From an uncultured Verrucomicrobiota bacterium (GTDB lineage Bacteria; Verrucomicrobiota; Kiritimatiellia; PWTM01), in contig CAYRFK010000004.1 of the NCBI GenBank assembly GCA_964423465.1, positions 1 through 58,645 of the forward strand: DNA of 58,645 nucleotides, given 5' to 3'. A program made the position numbers and the translations under genes. How positions within the stretch are numbered: the first letter of the stretch is position 1; the number at the start of each line of letters is the position of its first letter. A model generated the notes under the pieces. That model ran no database searches. It saw only the letters and a list, made by a program, of their open reading frames with translations, and was not told where the DNA came from. This document shows positions 14,214-21,613 of the stretch, one piece after another.

Positions 14214-14741
14214 ATGGCGATGATTGGACGCAAACCGTTTGGTGGTGAGAGGGACAGGGATGGGCGGAATGGCGGCGATTCCGGAATGGATGAGCGCGTC
14301 GTGTTCGTCAATCGCTGCGCCAAGGTGGTCAAGGGTGGCCGCCGCTTCAGCTTTAGCGCGCTGGTGGTCGTTGGAGACCGCAAAGGACACGTCGGCTTTG
14401 CGCTGGGCAAGGCCAACGAGGTGGCCGATGCGATCCGCAAGGGCGGAGAGGTCGCGAGACGGAGCCTGATGACGGTGCCGATGCGCGATCGAACGATTCC
14501 TCACGAGATCGAGGGGCGCTTCGCCGGCGGACACGTCCTGCTCAAGCCCGCCTCGGCGGGAACCGGGGTCATCGCCGGCGGCGCGGTACGTGCCGTGCTG
14601 GAGCTTGCGGGTGTCCGTGATGTCTTGGCGAAGTCCAAGGGCAGCGACAGCCCGTTGAATGTCACGCGTGCCACGGTCGAGGCTCTCAAGGGGCTTCGCC
14701 ACTACGAGGAAATCCACGCGCTTCGCGCGCGGGGCGTCTGA
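14214..14741 (+). CDS. rpsE: 30S ribosomal protein S5
   Basis: 175 aa; contains [16 protein letters not shown] and VVVGD. Syntenic position. Confidence 0.95.
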   Translation: MAMIGRKPFGGERDRDGRNGGDSGMDERVVFVNRCAKVVKGGRRFSFSALVVVGDRKGHVGFALGKANEVADAIRKGGEVARRSLMTVPMRDRTIPHEIEGRFAGGHVLLKPASAGTGVIAGGAVRAVLELAGVRDVLAKSKGSDSPLNVTRATVEALKGLRHYEEIHALRARGV

Positions 14742-14761
14742 TACGCCACCGGAGAGCCGTC

Positions 14762-15208
14762 ATGAGACTGCACGAATTGAAGAATGTTCCCGGAGCCCGC
14801 AAGGCGCGCAAACGCGTCGGCCGCGGTGAGTCGTCCGGGGCGGGAAAGACCTCCGGCCGCGGCAACAAGGGGCAGCACTCGCGCGCCGGAAGCCACTGGC
14901 GGCCGACGTTCGAAGGCGGTCAGATGCCGCTGATCCGCCGCATGCCCAAGGTGGGCTTCACGCCCCCGACCCGTGTCGAATTCCTTGCGGTTAACGTGGG
15001 TGATCTGCAGGACCTGGAAGCGGGTGCTGCAGTGGACGTCGCGGGCCTGCGGGCGGCCGGCCTTGTAAAGGGCCCGTCGGCAACGAAGGTTAAGATTCTC
15101 GGAACCGGGGATCTTTCCAAGAAGCTGACCGTCAAGGCCCACGCCTTCAGCGCCGCGGCACGCGCGAAGATCGAGGCGGCCGGCGGCACCTGCGAAGCGA
15201 TCGCCTGA
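14762..15208 (+). CDS. rplO: 50S ribosomal protein L15
   Basis: 148 aa, MRLHELKNVPGARKARKRVGRGESSG.... It follows rpsE directly, with no L30 gene between them. Confidence 0.96.
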   Translation: MRLHELKNVPGARKARKRVGRGESSGAGKTSGRGNKGQHSRAGSHWRPTFEGGQMPLIRRMPKVGFTPPTRVEFLAVNVGDLQDLEAGAAVDVAGLRAAGLVKGPSATKVKILGTGDLSKKLTVKAHAFSAAARAKIEAAGGTCEAIA

Positions 15209-15224
15209 CCGGGGGACCCTGCGC

Positions 15225-16577
15225 ATGCTCTCGGCGTTTACGAACAGTTTCAAGATCCCGGAATTGCGGGAACGCATCCTGTTCACGCTCGGGCTCATCT
15301 TCGCCGTGCGCATCACCGCCTGCGTACCCGTTCCGGGCGTCGACTATAATGCGCTGCGCGAGATCATCGACGAGATCCAGCGGCAGGCGGGCGGCGGGTT
15401 CCTCGGACTGTACGACCTGTTCACCGGCGGTGCCATGGATCGTTGCGCGGTCGGCGCGCTCGGTATCATGCCGTACATCAGCGCATCGATCATCATCCAG
15501 TTGATGACGGCTGTCGTTCCGGCGCTCGAGCGGCTCGCCCGCGAAGGCGACGCGGGGCGTCAGAGGATCACGCAGTACACCCGGTATCTCACGGTCATTC
15601 TGTGCCTCATTCAGGGCGGCGCGCTGGCGATTGCGATGCTGCATCCCCAGGCCACCTTCGGGATGGATCGCGACATCGTCCATATGGAGTCGCGGTTTGG
15701 ATTCCTTGTGCTTTCTGTGCTCACCTTGACGACGGGGACGATGCTGCAGATGTGGCTCGGCGAGCAGATCACGGCGCGGGGCATCGGTAACGGCATCTCG
15801 CTGATCATCACGATCAATATCATCAGCCGTCTGCCGGGTGCGGTGCAGCAGACGATCAACATGTTCCAGCCGGTGGGCGACGAGCGCCAGTTCTCCATCT
15901 TCCATCTGGCCTTGATGCTGATCCTTATCTTCCTGGTGATCGCCGGTGTCATCGCTGTCACGCAGGCCCAGCGGAAGATCCCGGTCCAGTATGCGAAGCG
16001 CGTTGTGGGGCGGAAGGTGTACGGCGGGCAGAGCACGTACATGCCCTTGCGTGTGAACTACGCGGGCGTGATGCCGATCATCTTTGCGCAGTCGATCTTG
16101 ATGTTCCCCCCGAAGGTCTTTCGGGCGATGCCATGGACGTGGGCGAAGGACTTTGGTGCCGCGATCGACTATGGGACCGGCGCCTACATGGTCCTGTACA
16201 CACTTATGATCCTGTTCTTCTCCTACTTCTGGGTCGCAACACAGTTCAACCCGGTTCGCATTGCTGACGACCTGAAGAAGTATGGCGGCTACGTCCCTGG
16301 AATTAGGCCCGGTACCCCGACGGCGGAGTTCTTGGACCACACCATGACCAGGGTCACCCTGGCGGGTGCGGTATTCCTGACGATCATCGCGGTGATCCCA
16401 TCCGTCATGCAGCAGAACCTTGGCATTCCATGGATCGTGGCGTCCTTCTTCGGCGGCACGAGCCTGCTCATTGTCGTCGGCGTCATGCTCGACACGATGC
16501 GGCAGGTCGAGTCCCAATTGTTGATGAGGCACTATGACGGTTTCCTGAAGAAGGGGAAACTGCGGAGCCGCCGCTAG
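15225..16577 (+). CDS. secY: Preprotein translocase subunit SecY
   Basis: 450 aa polytopic membrane protein in the conserved rplO-secY-adk position. Confidence 0.95.
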   Translation: MLSAFTNSFKIPELRERILFTLGLIFAVRITACVPVPGVDYNALREIIDEIQRQAGGGFLGLYDLFTGGAMDRCAVGALGIMPYISASIIIQLMTAVVPALERLAREGDAGRQRITQYTRYLTVILCLIQGGALAIAMLHPQATFGMDRDIVHMESRFGFLVLSVLTLTTGTMLQMWLGEQITARGIGNGISLIITINIISRLPGAVQQTINMFQPVGDERQFSIFHLALMLILIFLVIAGVIAVTQAQRKIPVQYAKRVVGRKVYGGQSTYMPLRVNYAGVMPIIFAQSILMFPPKVFRAMPWTWAKDFGAAIDYGTGAYMVLYTLMILFFSYFWVATQFNPVRIADDLKKYGGYVPGIRPGTPTAEFLDHTMTRVTLAGAVFLTIIAVIPSVMQQNLGIPWIVASFFGGTSLLIVVGVMLDTMRQVESQLLMRHYDGFLKKGKLRSRR

Positions 16578-16611
16578 CCGCTCTCGATCTGTCTCGGAGG
16601 ACGCGATCCCA

Positions 16612-17262
16612 ATGAAAGCCATCATCCTGCTGGGGGCACCGGGTGCCGGAAAAGGGACGGTAGCCGCTTTGCTTAAGGCATCGACGGACTACATGCACGT
16701 CTCGACAGGGGATATGCTTCGCGAGGCCGTGAAGGCCGGATCCCCCGTCGGGCTCCAAGCGAAGTCGTATATGGAGAAGGGTGAACTGGTGCCCGACGAG
16801 GTCATCCTTGGCATCGTGCGTGAGCGCATGGAGCGGGAGCCTGCGACGGCCAAGTACATGTTCGACGGGTTTCCCCGGACCTTGGATCAGGCGTCGGGGC
16901 TCAGCGCCCTGTTGGGGCAGTTTGTCGCCAAGGTGGATGGTGTCTTCCTGCTTGACGTGCCTCGGGACGTGCTCGTGGACCGGCTCTCGGGTCGCCGCGT
17001 GTGCCGCCAGTGCGGGGCGGTGTACCATGTCCGCAACATCCCGACAAAGGTTGACGGAGTTTGCGATGTATGTGGCGGGCCGACGTATCAGAGGCCCGAC
17101 GATAGCGAAGCGACCGTGGTGAACCGGCTTGATGTGTACCGCCGCCAGACCGAGGGTCTGATCGCTTGGTACCGTGAGCGCGGTGTGCTCTTTGAGATCG
17201 AGGCGGCCGGCGCCAAGGAAGACACGCGGGACAGGGTCCTTCGTGTTCTCGCCGGGCTGTAG
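16612..17262 (+). CDS. adk: Adenylate kinase (Zn-lid type)
   Basis: P-loop GAPGAGKGT. Lid cysteines CRQC...CDVC. 216 aa. Confidence 0.95.
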   Translation: MKAIILLGAPGAGKGTVAALLKASTDYMHVSTGDMLREAVKAGSPVGLQAKSYMEKGELVPDEVILGIVRERMEREPATAKYMFDGFPRTLDQASGLSALLGQFVAKVDGVFLLDVPRDVLVDRLSGRRVCRQCGAVYHVRNIPTKVDGVCDVCGGPTYQRPDDSEATVVNRLDVYRRQTEGLIAWYRERGVLFEIEAAGAKEDTRDRVLRVLAGL

Positions 17263-18021
17263 GTGTCCATCCCCGTCAAGACTCCGGCCGAGTTGGAAGG
17301 CATGCGTGTCAGCGGCCGGTTGGCGGCCCGGGTGCTGGCGGCCGTGGCCCGGGAGGTTCGGCCCGGGGTGACGACGCGGGAGTTGGATGAGGTGGCGCGG
17401 GACCGGATTGCGCAGGAAGGGGCCGTCAGCGCCTTCTTGGGATATCGCGGGTTTCCTGGCCATATCTGCACGTCCATCAACGACGAGGTCGTTCATGGAA
17501 TACCGGGCGACCGGCGGGTGGCCATGGGGGACATCGTCAGTCTGGACTGTGGTGTGCTGTACCGTGGGTGGCATGGCGACACGGCACGGACGGTGGTGGT
17601 GGGCGTCACGGATCCGGAGGCGATGCGTTTGGTGCGGGTGACCGAGGACGCGCTGTCCGCCGCGGTGGCAACCGCGATCGACGGGAGGCGCCTTGGAGAT
17701 GTCTGCCATGCCGTGCAGTCCGTGGTCGAGGCCGCTGGCTTCTCGGTGGTTCGCGAGTTCGTCGGGCACGGAATTGGGCGTGCGCTCCATGAGGAGCCGC
17801 AGATCCCGAATTTTGGTGCGGCGGGCCGCGGTCCTCGGTTGAGGGCCGGCATGACGCTGGCCATCGAGCCGATGGTGAATCAGCACGGGTGCGAGGTGCG
17901 GGTGGATCGGGATGGATGGACGGTGCGGAGTCGTGATGGCGGATTATCCGCCCACGTCGAGCACACCGTGGCGGTTCGGGCGGGGTCGGCCGAGGTGCTG
18001 ACACTGGACGATGGAATCTGA
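17263..18021 (+). CDS. map: Methionine aminopeptidase, type I
   Basis: 252 aa, GTG start immediately after the adk stop. Pita-bread fold motifs (VHGIPG, DIVSLDCG, GHGIG, LAIEP). Confidence 0.94.
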   Translation: MSIPVKTPAELEGMRVSGRLAARVLAAVAREVRPGVTTRELDEVARDRIAQEGAVSAFLGYRGFPGHICTSINDEVVHGIPGDRRVAMGDIVSLDCGVLYRGWHGDTARTVVVGVTDPEAMRLVRVTEDALSAAVATAIDGRRLGDVCHAVQSVVEAAGFSVVREFVGHGIGRALHEEPQIPNFGAAGRGPRLRAGMTLAIEPMVNQHGCEVRVDRDGWTVRSRDGGLSAHVEHTVAVRAGSAEVLTLDDGI

Positions 18022-18232
18022 CTGGTTTGTTCTGGACGCCGAGGTTCGCGAAGTGATAAGTTACAAAGCTTTGCGCGCCCGGCTTTCGAACGGCCATGAA
18101 TTTGTGGCCTTTTTTGCCTCCGAGGCGGAGGCGCGAAGGCTGGTGCCCGGCGAGCATATCCGGGTCGGTATGTCGCCGTGCGACATGTCGAAGGGCCGCA
18201 TCCGCGGCGGCAGCGAGGGGTTTGAGCGATGA
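18011..18232 (+). CDS. infA: Translation initiation factor IF-1 homologue, strongly divergent
   Basis: 73 aa at the syntenic map-infA-rpmJ slot. S1/OB-like core residues are retained (...[14 protein letters not shown]..., [19 protein letters not shown]). The basic GKMRKN-type loop is replaced by SEAEA. Confidence 0.7.
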   Translation: MESDWFVLDAEVREVISYKALRARLSNGHEFVAFFASEAEARRLVPGEHIRVGMSPCDMSKGRIRGGSEGFER

Positions 18233-18342
18233 AAGTGCGCAGTTCGGTTCGACGCATCTGCGAGCAGTGCAAGATTGTTCGCCGCAAGGGCGTGGTGCGG
18301 ATTATCTGCACCAATCCGCGCCACAAGCAGCGGCAGGGTTGA
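18229..18342 (+). CDS. rpmJ: 50S ribosomal protein L36 (37 aa; below the ORF-track cutoff)
   Basis: Hand translation: [41 protein letters not shown] overlap with the infA stop. Confidence 0.93.
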   Translation: MKVRSSVRRICEQCKIVRRKGVVRIICTNPRHKQRQG

Positions 18343-18357
18343 GGAGACGGGGGACGT

Positions 18358-18762
18358 ATGCCCAGAGTTATCGGCGTGGACATCCCGGGTCGGAAGCGCA
18401 TCGAGTATGCGCTCCGCTACATCTACGGAATCGGCCTGACCAAGGCGCGCGAGATTTGCGCGCGGGCCGGCGTGGACGCGGCCAAGAAGGCTGAAGCCCT
18501 GAGCGATCAGGAAATCTCAAAGATCTCCGAGATCCTGCAGGCGTATCGGGTGGAAGGCGATCTGCGGCGCGAAGTGCAGCAGAACATCCGCCGCCTGATC
18601 GCGATCAATGCGTATCGGGGACAGCGGCATCGCCGCGGGCTTCCCGTGCGAGGCCAGCGCACCAAGACGAACGCCCGCACGCGCAAGGGCCCGCGCAAGA
18701 CGGTCGGCGCGGTTCGCGGCAAGGAAAACCGATCGGCCGCAAAGGCCCCCGCCCCCAAGTAG
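18358..18762 (+). CDS. rpsM: 30S ribosomal protein S13
   Basis: 134 aa, [26 protein letters not shown].... Confidence 0.96.
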   Translation: MPRVIGVDIPGRKRIEYALRYIYGIGLTKAREICARAGVDAAKKAEALSDQEISKISEILQAYRVEGDLRREVQQNIRRLIAINAYRGQRHRRGLPVRGQRTKTNARTRKGPRKTVGAVRGKENRSAAKAPAPK

Positions 18763-18800
18763 GGCGGCCAGCGCATCCCGGTTGACGAGGAAGGAACCCC

Positions 18801-19298
18801 ATGGCTGACGAGAAGGACAACCCCAAGGCCGCCGCGGCACCCGCCGCTCCGGTCGACGCCGCCGCACCCGCCGCCCCGGTCGAGGGCGCCGTACCCGCCG
18901 CCGATGCCGGCGCGAAGGTTCGCAAGTCCCGCCTTAAGGGCGGAAAGCTGATCCCCACGGGCATCGTCCATATCCGGGCGACGTTCAACAACACGAGCGT
19001 GACCATCACGGATCCGCGCGGCGCCGTCGTCGCGTGGAACTCGGCGGGTCGGTGCCAGTTCAAGGGATCGCGAAAGAGCACGGCGTATGCCGCGACGGTC
19101 GTGGCGCAGGAAGCGGCCCGCACCGCGATCTCGAACTGCGGAATGCGCGAGGTCGAGATCTGCGTCCAGGGTCCCGGGTCGGGTCGCGAGTCCGCGATCC
19201 GGGCCATCCAGTCCGCGGGGCTTGCAGTCACCGCGATTCGTGACGTCACCCCGATCCCACACAACGGATGCCGGCCGCCCAAGCGGCGGCGCGTGTAA
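18801..19298 (+). CDS. rpsK: 30S ribosomal protein S11 with an Ala/Pro-rich N-terminal extension
   Basis: 165 aa. The core runs [11 protein letters not shown]...[12 protein letters not shown]...[13 protein letters not shown]. The first ~35 residues are low-complexity A/P. Confidence 0.94.
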   Translation: MADEKDNPKAAAAPAAPVDAAAPAAPVEGAVPAADAGAKVRKSRLKGGKLIPTGIVHIRATFNNTSVTITDPRGAVVAWNSAGRCQFKGSRKSTAYAATVVAQEAARTAISNCGMREVEICVQGPGSGRESAIRAIQSAGLAVTAIRDVTPIPHNGCRPPKRRRV

Positions 19299-19325
19299 TC
19301 CACCAGGATCCGCAGGAGAACTTCC

Positions 19326-19952
19326 ATGGGCAGGTATACCGGACCAGTTTGCAGGCGGTGTCGGCGCGAGGGCATGCAGCTCTTCCTCAAGGGAGACCGC
19401 TGTTTCATGGCCAAGTGCCCGATTCAACAGGGGCAGAATCCGCCGGGCCAGCACGGCGCACGGCGCCGCAAGGTGTCGGACTACGGCGCCCAGTTGCGGG
19501 AGAAACAGCGCCTTCGCTCGATGTACGGAATGCAGGAGCAGCAGTTCCGCGGCTTCTTCGCGAAGGCTCTGCACAAGCGCGGCATCACCGGCGTTGCCCT
19601 GCTGCAGATGCTCGAGATGCGGCTGGATACGGTGGTCCGGCGTCTTGGGTTCATGCCGTCGCAGCGGGCGGCACGTCAGTTCGTCATGCACGGCCACATC
19701 CGTGTCAACGGACGCCGCGCCACGGTGCCGTCGATGATTCTTCGCGCCGGGGACATCATCCAGGTGCAGGAGAAGCAGGGCAGTCGTGACGAGGCGAAGA
19801 CTTTCCTGGATGCCGCCATGTCGCGCGGCGTGTCGCCCTGGCTTTCGCTGAACAAGGACGAGTTCCGCGGCGAGGTTTTGCACGTGCCGTCGCGCGACGA
19901 GATCGCGCCGATCGTCAACGAGCAGCAGGTCGTCGAACTCTACTCGAAGTAG
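19326..19952 (+). CDS. rpsD: 30S ribosomal protein S4 (Cys4 zinc-ribbon type)
   Basis: 208 aa, MGRYTGPVCRRCRREG...CFMAKC..., with an S4 RNA-binding domain. Confidence 0.96.
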   Translation: MGRYTGPVCRRCRREGMQLFLKGDRCFMAKCPIQQGQNPPGQHGARRRKVSDYGAQLREKQRLRSMYGMQEQQFRGFFAKALHKRGITGVALLQMLEMRLDTVVRRLGFMPSQRAARQFVMHGHIRVNGRRATVPSMILRAGDIIQVQEKQGSRDEAKTFLDAAMSRGVSPWLSLNKDEFRGEVLHVPSRDEIAPIVNEQQVVELYSK

Positions 19953-20028
19953 CCGTTTTCCGGCCGCCGGGCGGCCGGGGTATCACCATACGGGCCGGGT
20001 AATGTCCGGCCCTGGGAGGAGACTAGTC

Positions 20029-21084
20029 ATGCCAATCCGTTTGGCGCGTTTCGAAATGCCGAAGGCGGTCATTCCCGCCGAGTCGGACCCGTCGCAGAAC
20101 TACGGGAAATACATCGCCGAGCCCTTCGAGGCCGGGTACGGGCGGACCATCGGGAACTCCCTTCGCCGCGTGTTGCTCTCGTCGATCGAAGGGGCCGCGA
20201 TCTCCTCGGTCAAGATCGAGGGCGCGATGCACGAGTTCTGCAGCCTGCCGGGCGTCGTTGAGGACGTCACGGACATCGTGCTGAATCTCAAGAAGGTCCT
20301 CCTGAAGATGTACTCCCGCGAACCCCGCCGTCTGCGCCTCCGCAAGAAGGGGCCGGGCGAGGTCACGGCCGGGGATATCGAGGGGGACGCGATGGTCGAG
20401 GTTCTGAACAAGGACCACCATATCGCCACGCTGGATGCCGACGGCAAGATCGACATGGACATCGAGGTCTGCGTCGGTCGCGGCTACCGCCCCGCGGACT
20501 GGAACAAGAAGCCCGAGCAGGAAATCGGGGTCATCCCGGTCGACTGCCTGTTCTCCCCGGTGCGCCGGGTCAAGTTCGCGGTGGAGAGCTGCCGCGTGGG
20601 TCGCCGCACGGACTACGACCGCTTGGTCTTGGAGATCTGGAGCGACGGTCGCGTGACGCCGGACGACGCCCTGACGATGAGCGCGGCGATCCTTCGCCAC
20701 CATCTGGACGTCTTCGTCCACTACGACAAGGACCTGATCGAGTTCGAGGCGAGCGAGAAGCAGATCGATGCCCAGCGTGAAGAACTCCGACGCAAGCTCG
20801 CCGTCAGCGTGAACGAGATCGAACTGAGCGTCCGCGCCGCCAACTGCCTCAACAACGCCAACATCACGACCGTCGGCGAGTTGGCGCAGAAGACCGAGGC
20901 GGAGATGCTCAAGTACCGCAACTTCGGCAAGAAGTCGCTGAACGAAATCAAACAGAAGCTGCAGGAACTCGGGCTTTCGCTCGGCATGAGCTTCGATCCG
21001 GACGTGATGCCGACCGCCGCCCAGCGTGCGGCGGCCGCCGAAAAGGCGCGCGCCGAATTGAAGGCCGAGAAGTCCAAGAAGTAG
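20029..21084 (+). CDS. rpoA: DNA-directed RNA polymerase alpha subunit
   Basis: ATG 20029 is preceded by GGAGGAG. Contains GYGRTIGNSLRRVLLSSI. The C-terminal domain contains ELSVRAANCLNNANI. The track start at 20002 is less likely. Confidence 0.94.
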   Translation: MPIRLARFEMPKAVIPAESDPSQNYGKYIAEPFEAGYGRTIGNSLRRVLLSSIEGAAISSVKIEGAMHEFCSLPGVVEDVTDIVLNLKKVLLKMYSREPRRLRLRKKGPGEVTAGDIEGDAMVEVLNKDHHIATLDADGKIDMDIEVCVGRGYRPADWNKKPEQEIGVIPVDCLFSPVRRVKFAVESCRVGRRTDYDRLVLEIWSDGRVTPDDALTMSAAILRHHLDVFVHYDKDLIEFEASEKQIDAQREELRRKLAVSVNEIELSVRAANCLNNANITTVGELAQKTEAEMLKYRNFGKKSLNEIKQKLQELGLSLGMSFDPDVMPTAAQRAAAAEKARAELKAEKSKK

Positions 21085-21102
21085 CGGCGGGAGGCCCGAT
21101 CC

Positions 21103-21543
21103 ATGCGTCATCGCAAGACCACCGTCAAACTCGGCCGTAAACAGCCGCATCGCGACGCCATGCTGGCGTCGCAGGTGTGCAGTCTGATCACCTACGGCCG
21201 CATCCGTACCACCGTCCCGAAGGCGAAGGCCTCGCGGCGGCTGGCGGAGAAGATGATCACCCTCGGCAAGAAGGGCACGCTGGCGGCACGCCGGCAGGCC
21301 ATCGCGGAGCTGCACCAGGAGGATCCCGTCCGGGATCTCTTCGCGCGCCTCGCGCCGGGCTTCGCCGACCGCAAGGGCGGTTACACCCGTATCGTTCGCC
21401 TCGCCAAGCGCAGGGTGACCGACAGCTCCGAGATGTGCATCCTCGAGTGGACCAACTACGTGCCGCCGGCACCCAAGGAGCCGAAGGCGGAGAAGGCTGA
21501 AGCCAAGCCCGCCGATACGGCGGAAGCGGCTGCGAAGGCCTGA
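21103..21543 (+). CDS. rplQ: 50S ribosomal protein L17
   Basis: 146 aa, MRHRKTTVKLGRKQPHRDAML..., with a Lys/Ala-rich C-terminal tail. Confidence 0.95.
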   Translation: MRHRKTTVKLGRKQPHRDAMLASQVCSLITYGRIRTTVPKAKASRRLAEKMITLGKKGTLAARRQAIAELHQEDPVRDLFARLAPGFADRKGGYTRIVRLAKRRVTDSSEMCILEWTNYVPPAPKEPKAEKAEAKPADTAEAAAKA

Positions 21544-21567
21544 TCGGACGGCAGCAGTCTGATCGAG

Positions 21568-21600
21568 CAGCCCCCGGCAGCACGCCGGGGGCTGTTTGCG
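21568..21600. terminator. Bidirectional intrinsic terminator between rplQ (+) and the hybrid kinase (-)
   Basis: 11-bp stem CAGCCCCCGGC / GCCGGGGGCTG with a 5-nt loop, then TTTGCGTT. It lies between convergent stop codons at 21543 and 21614. Confidence 0.6.
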
Positions 21601-21613
21601 TTATGACCCCGGG

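Noticed and set aside
19953-20028. Two hairpins (CCGGCCGCC-GGG-CGGCCGG and GGGCCGG-N7-CCGGCCC) between rpsD and rpoA as an internal terminator
   Set aside because: There is no U-tract, and the alpha operon is normally co-transcribed. They may be mRNA processing or stability elements, but the evidence is too weak to annotate.
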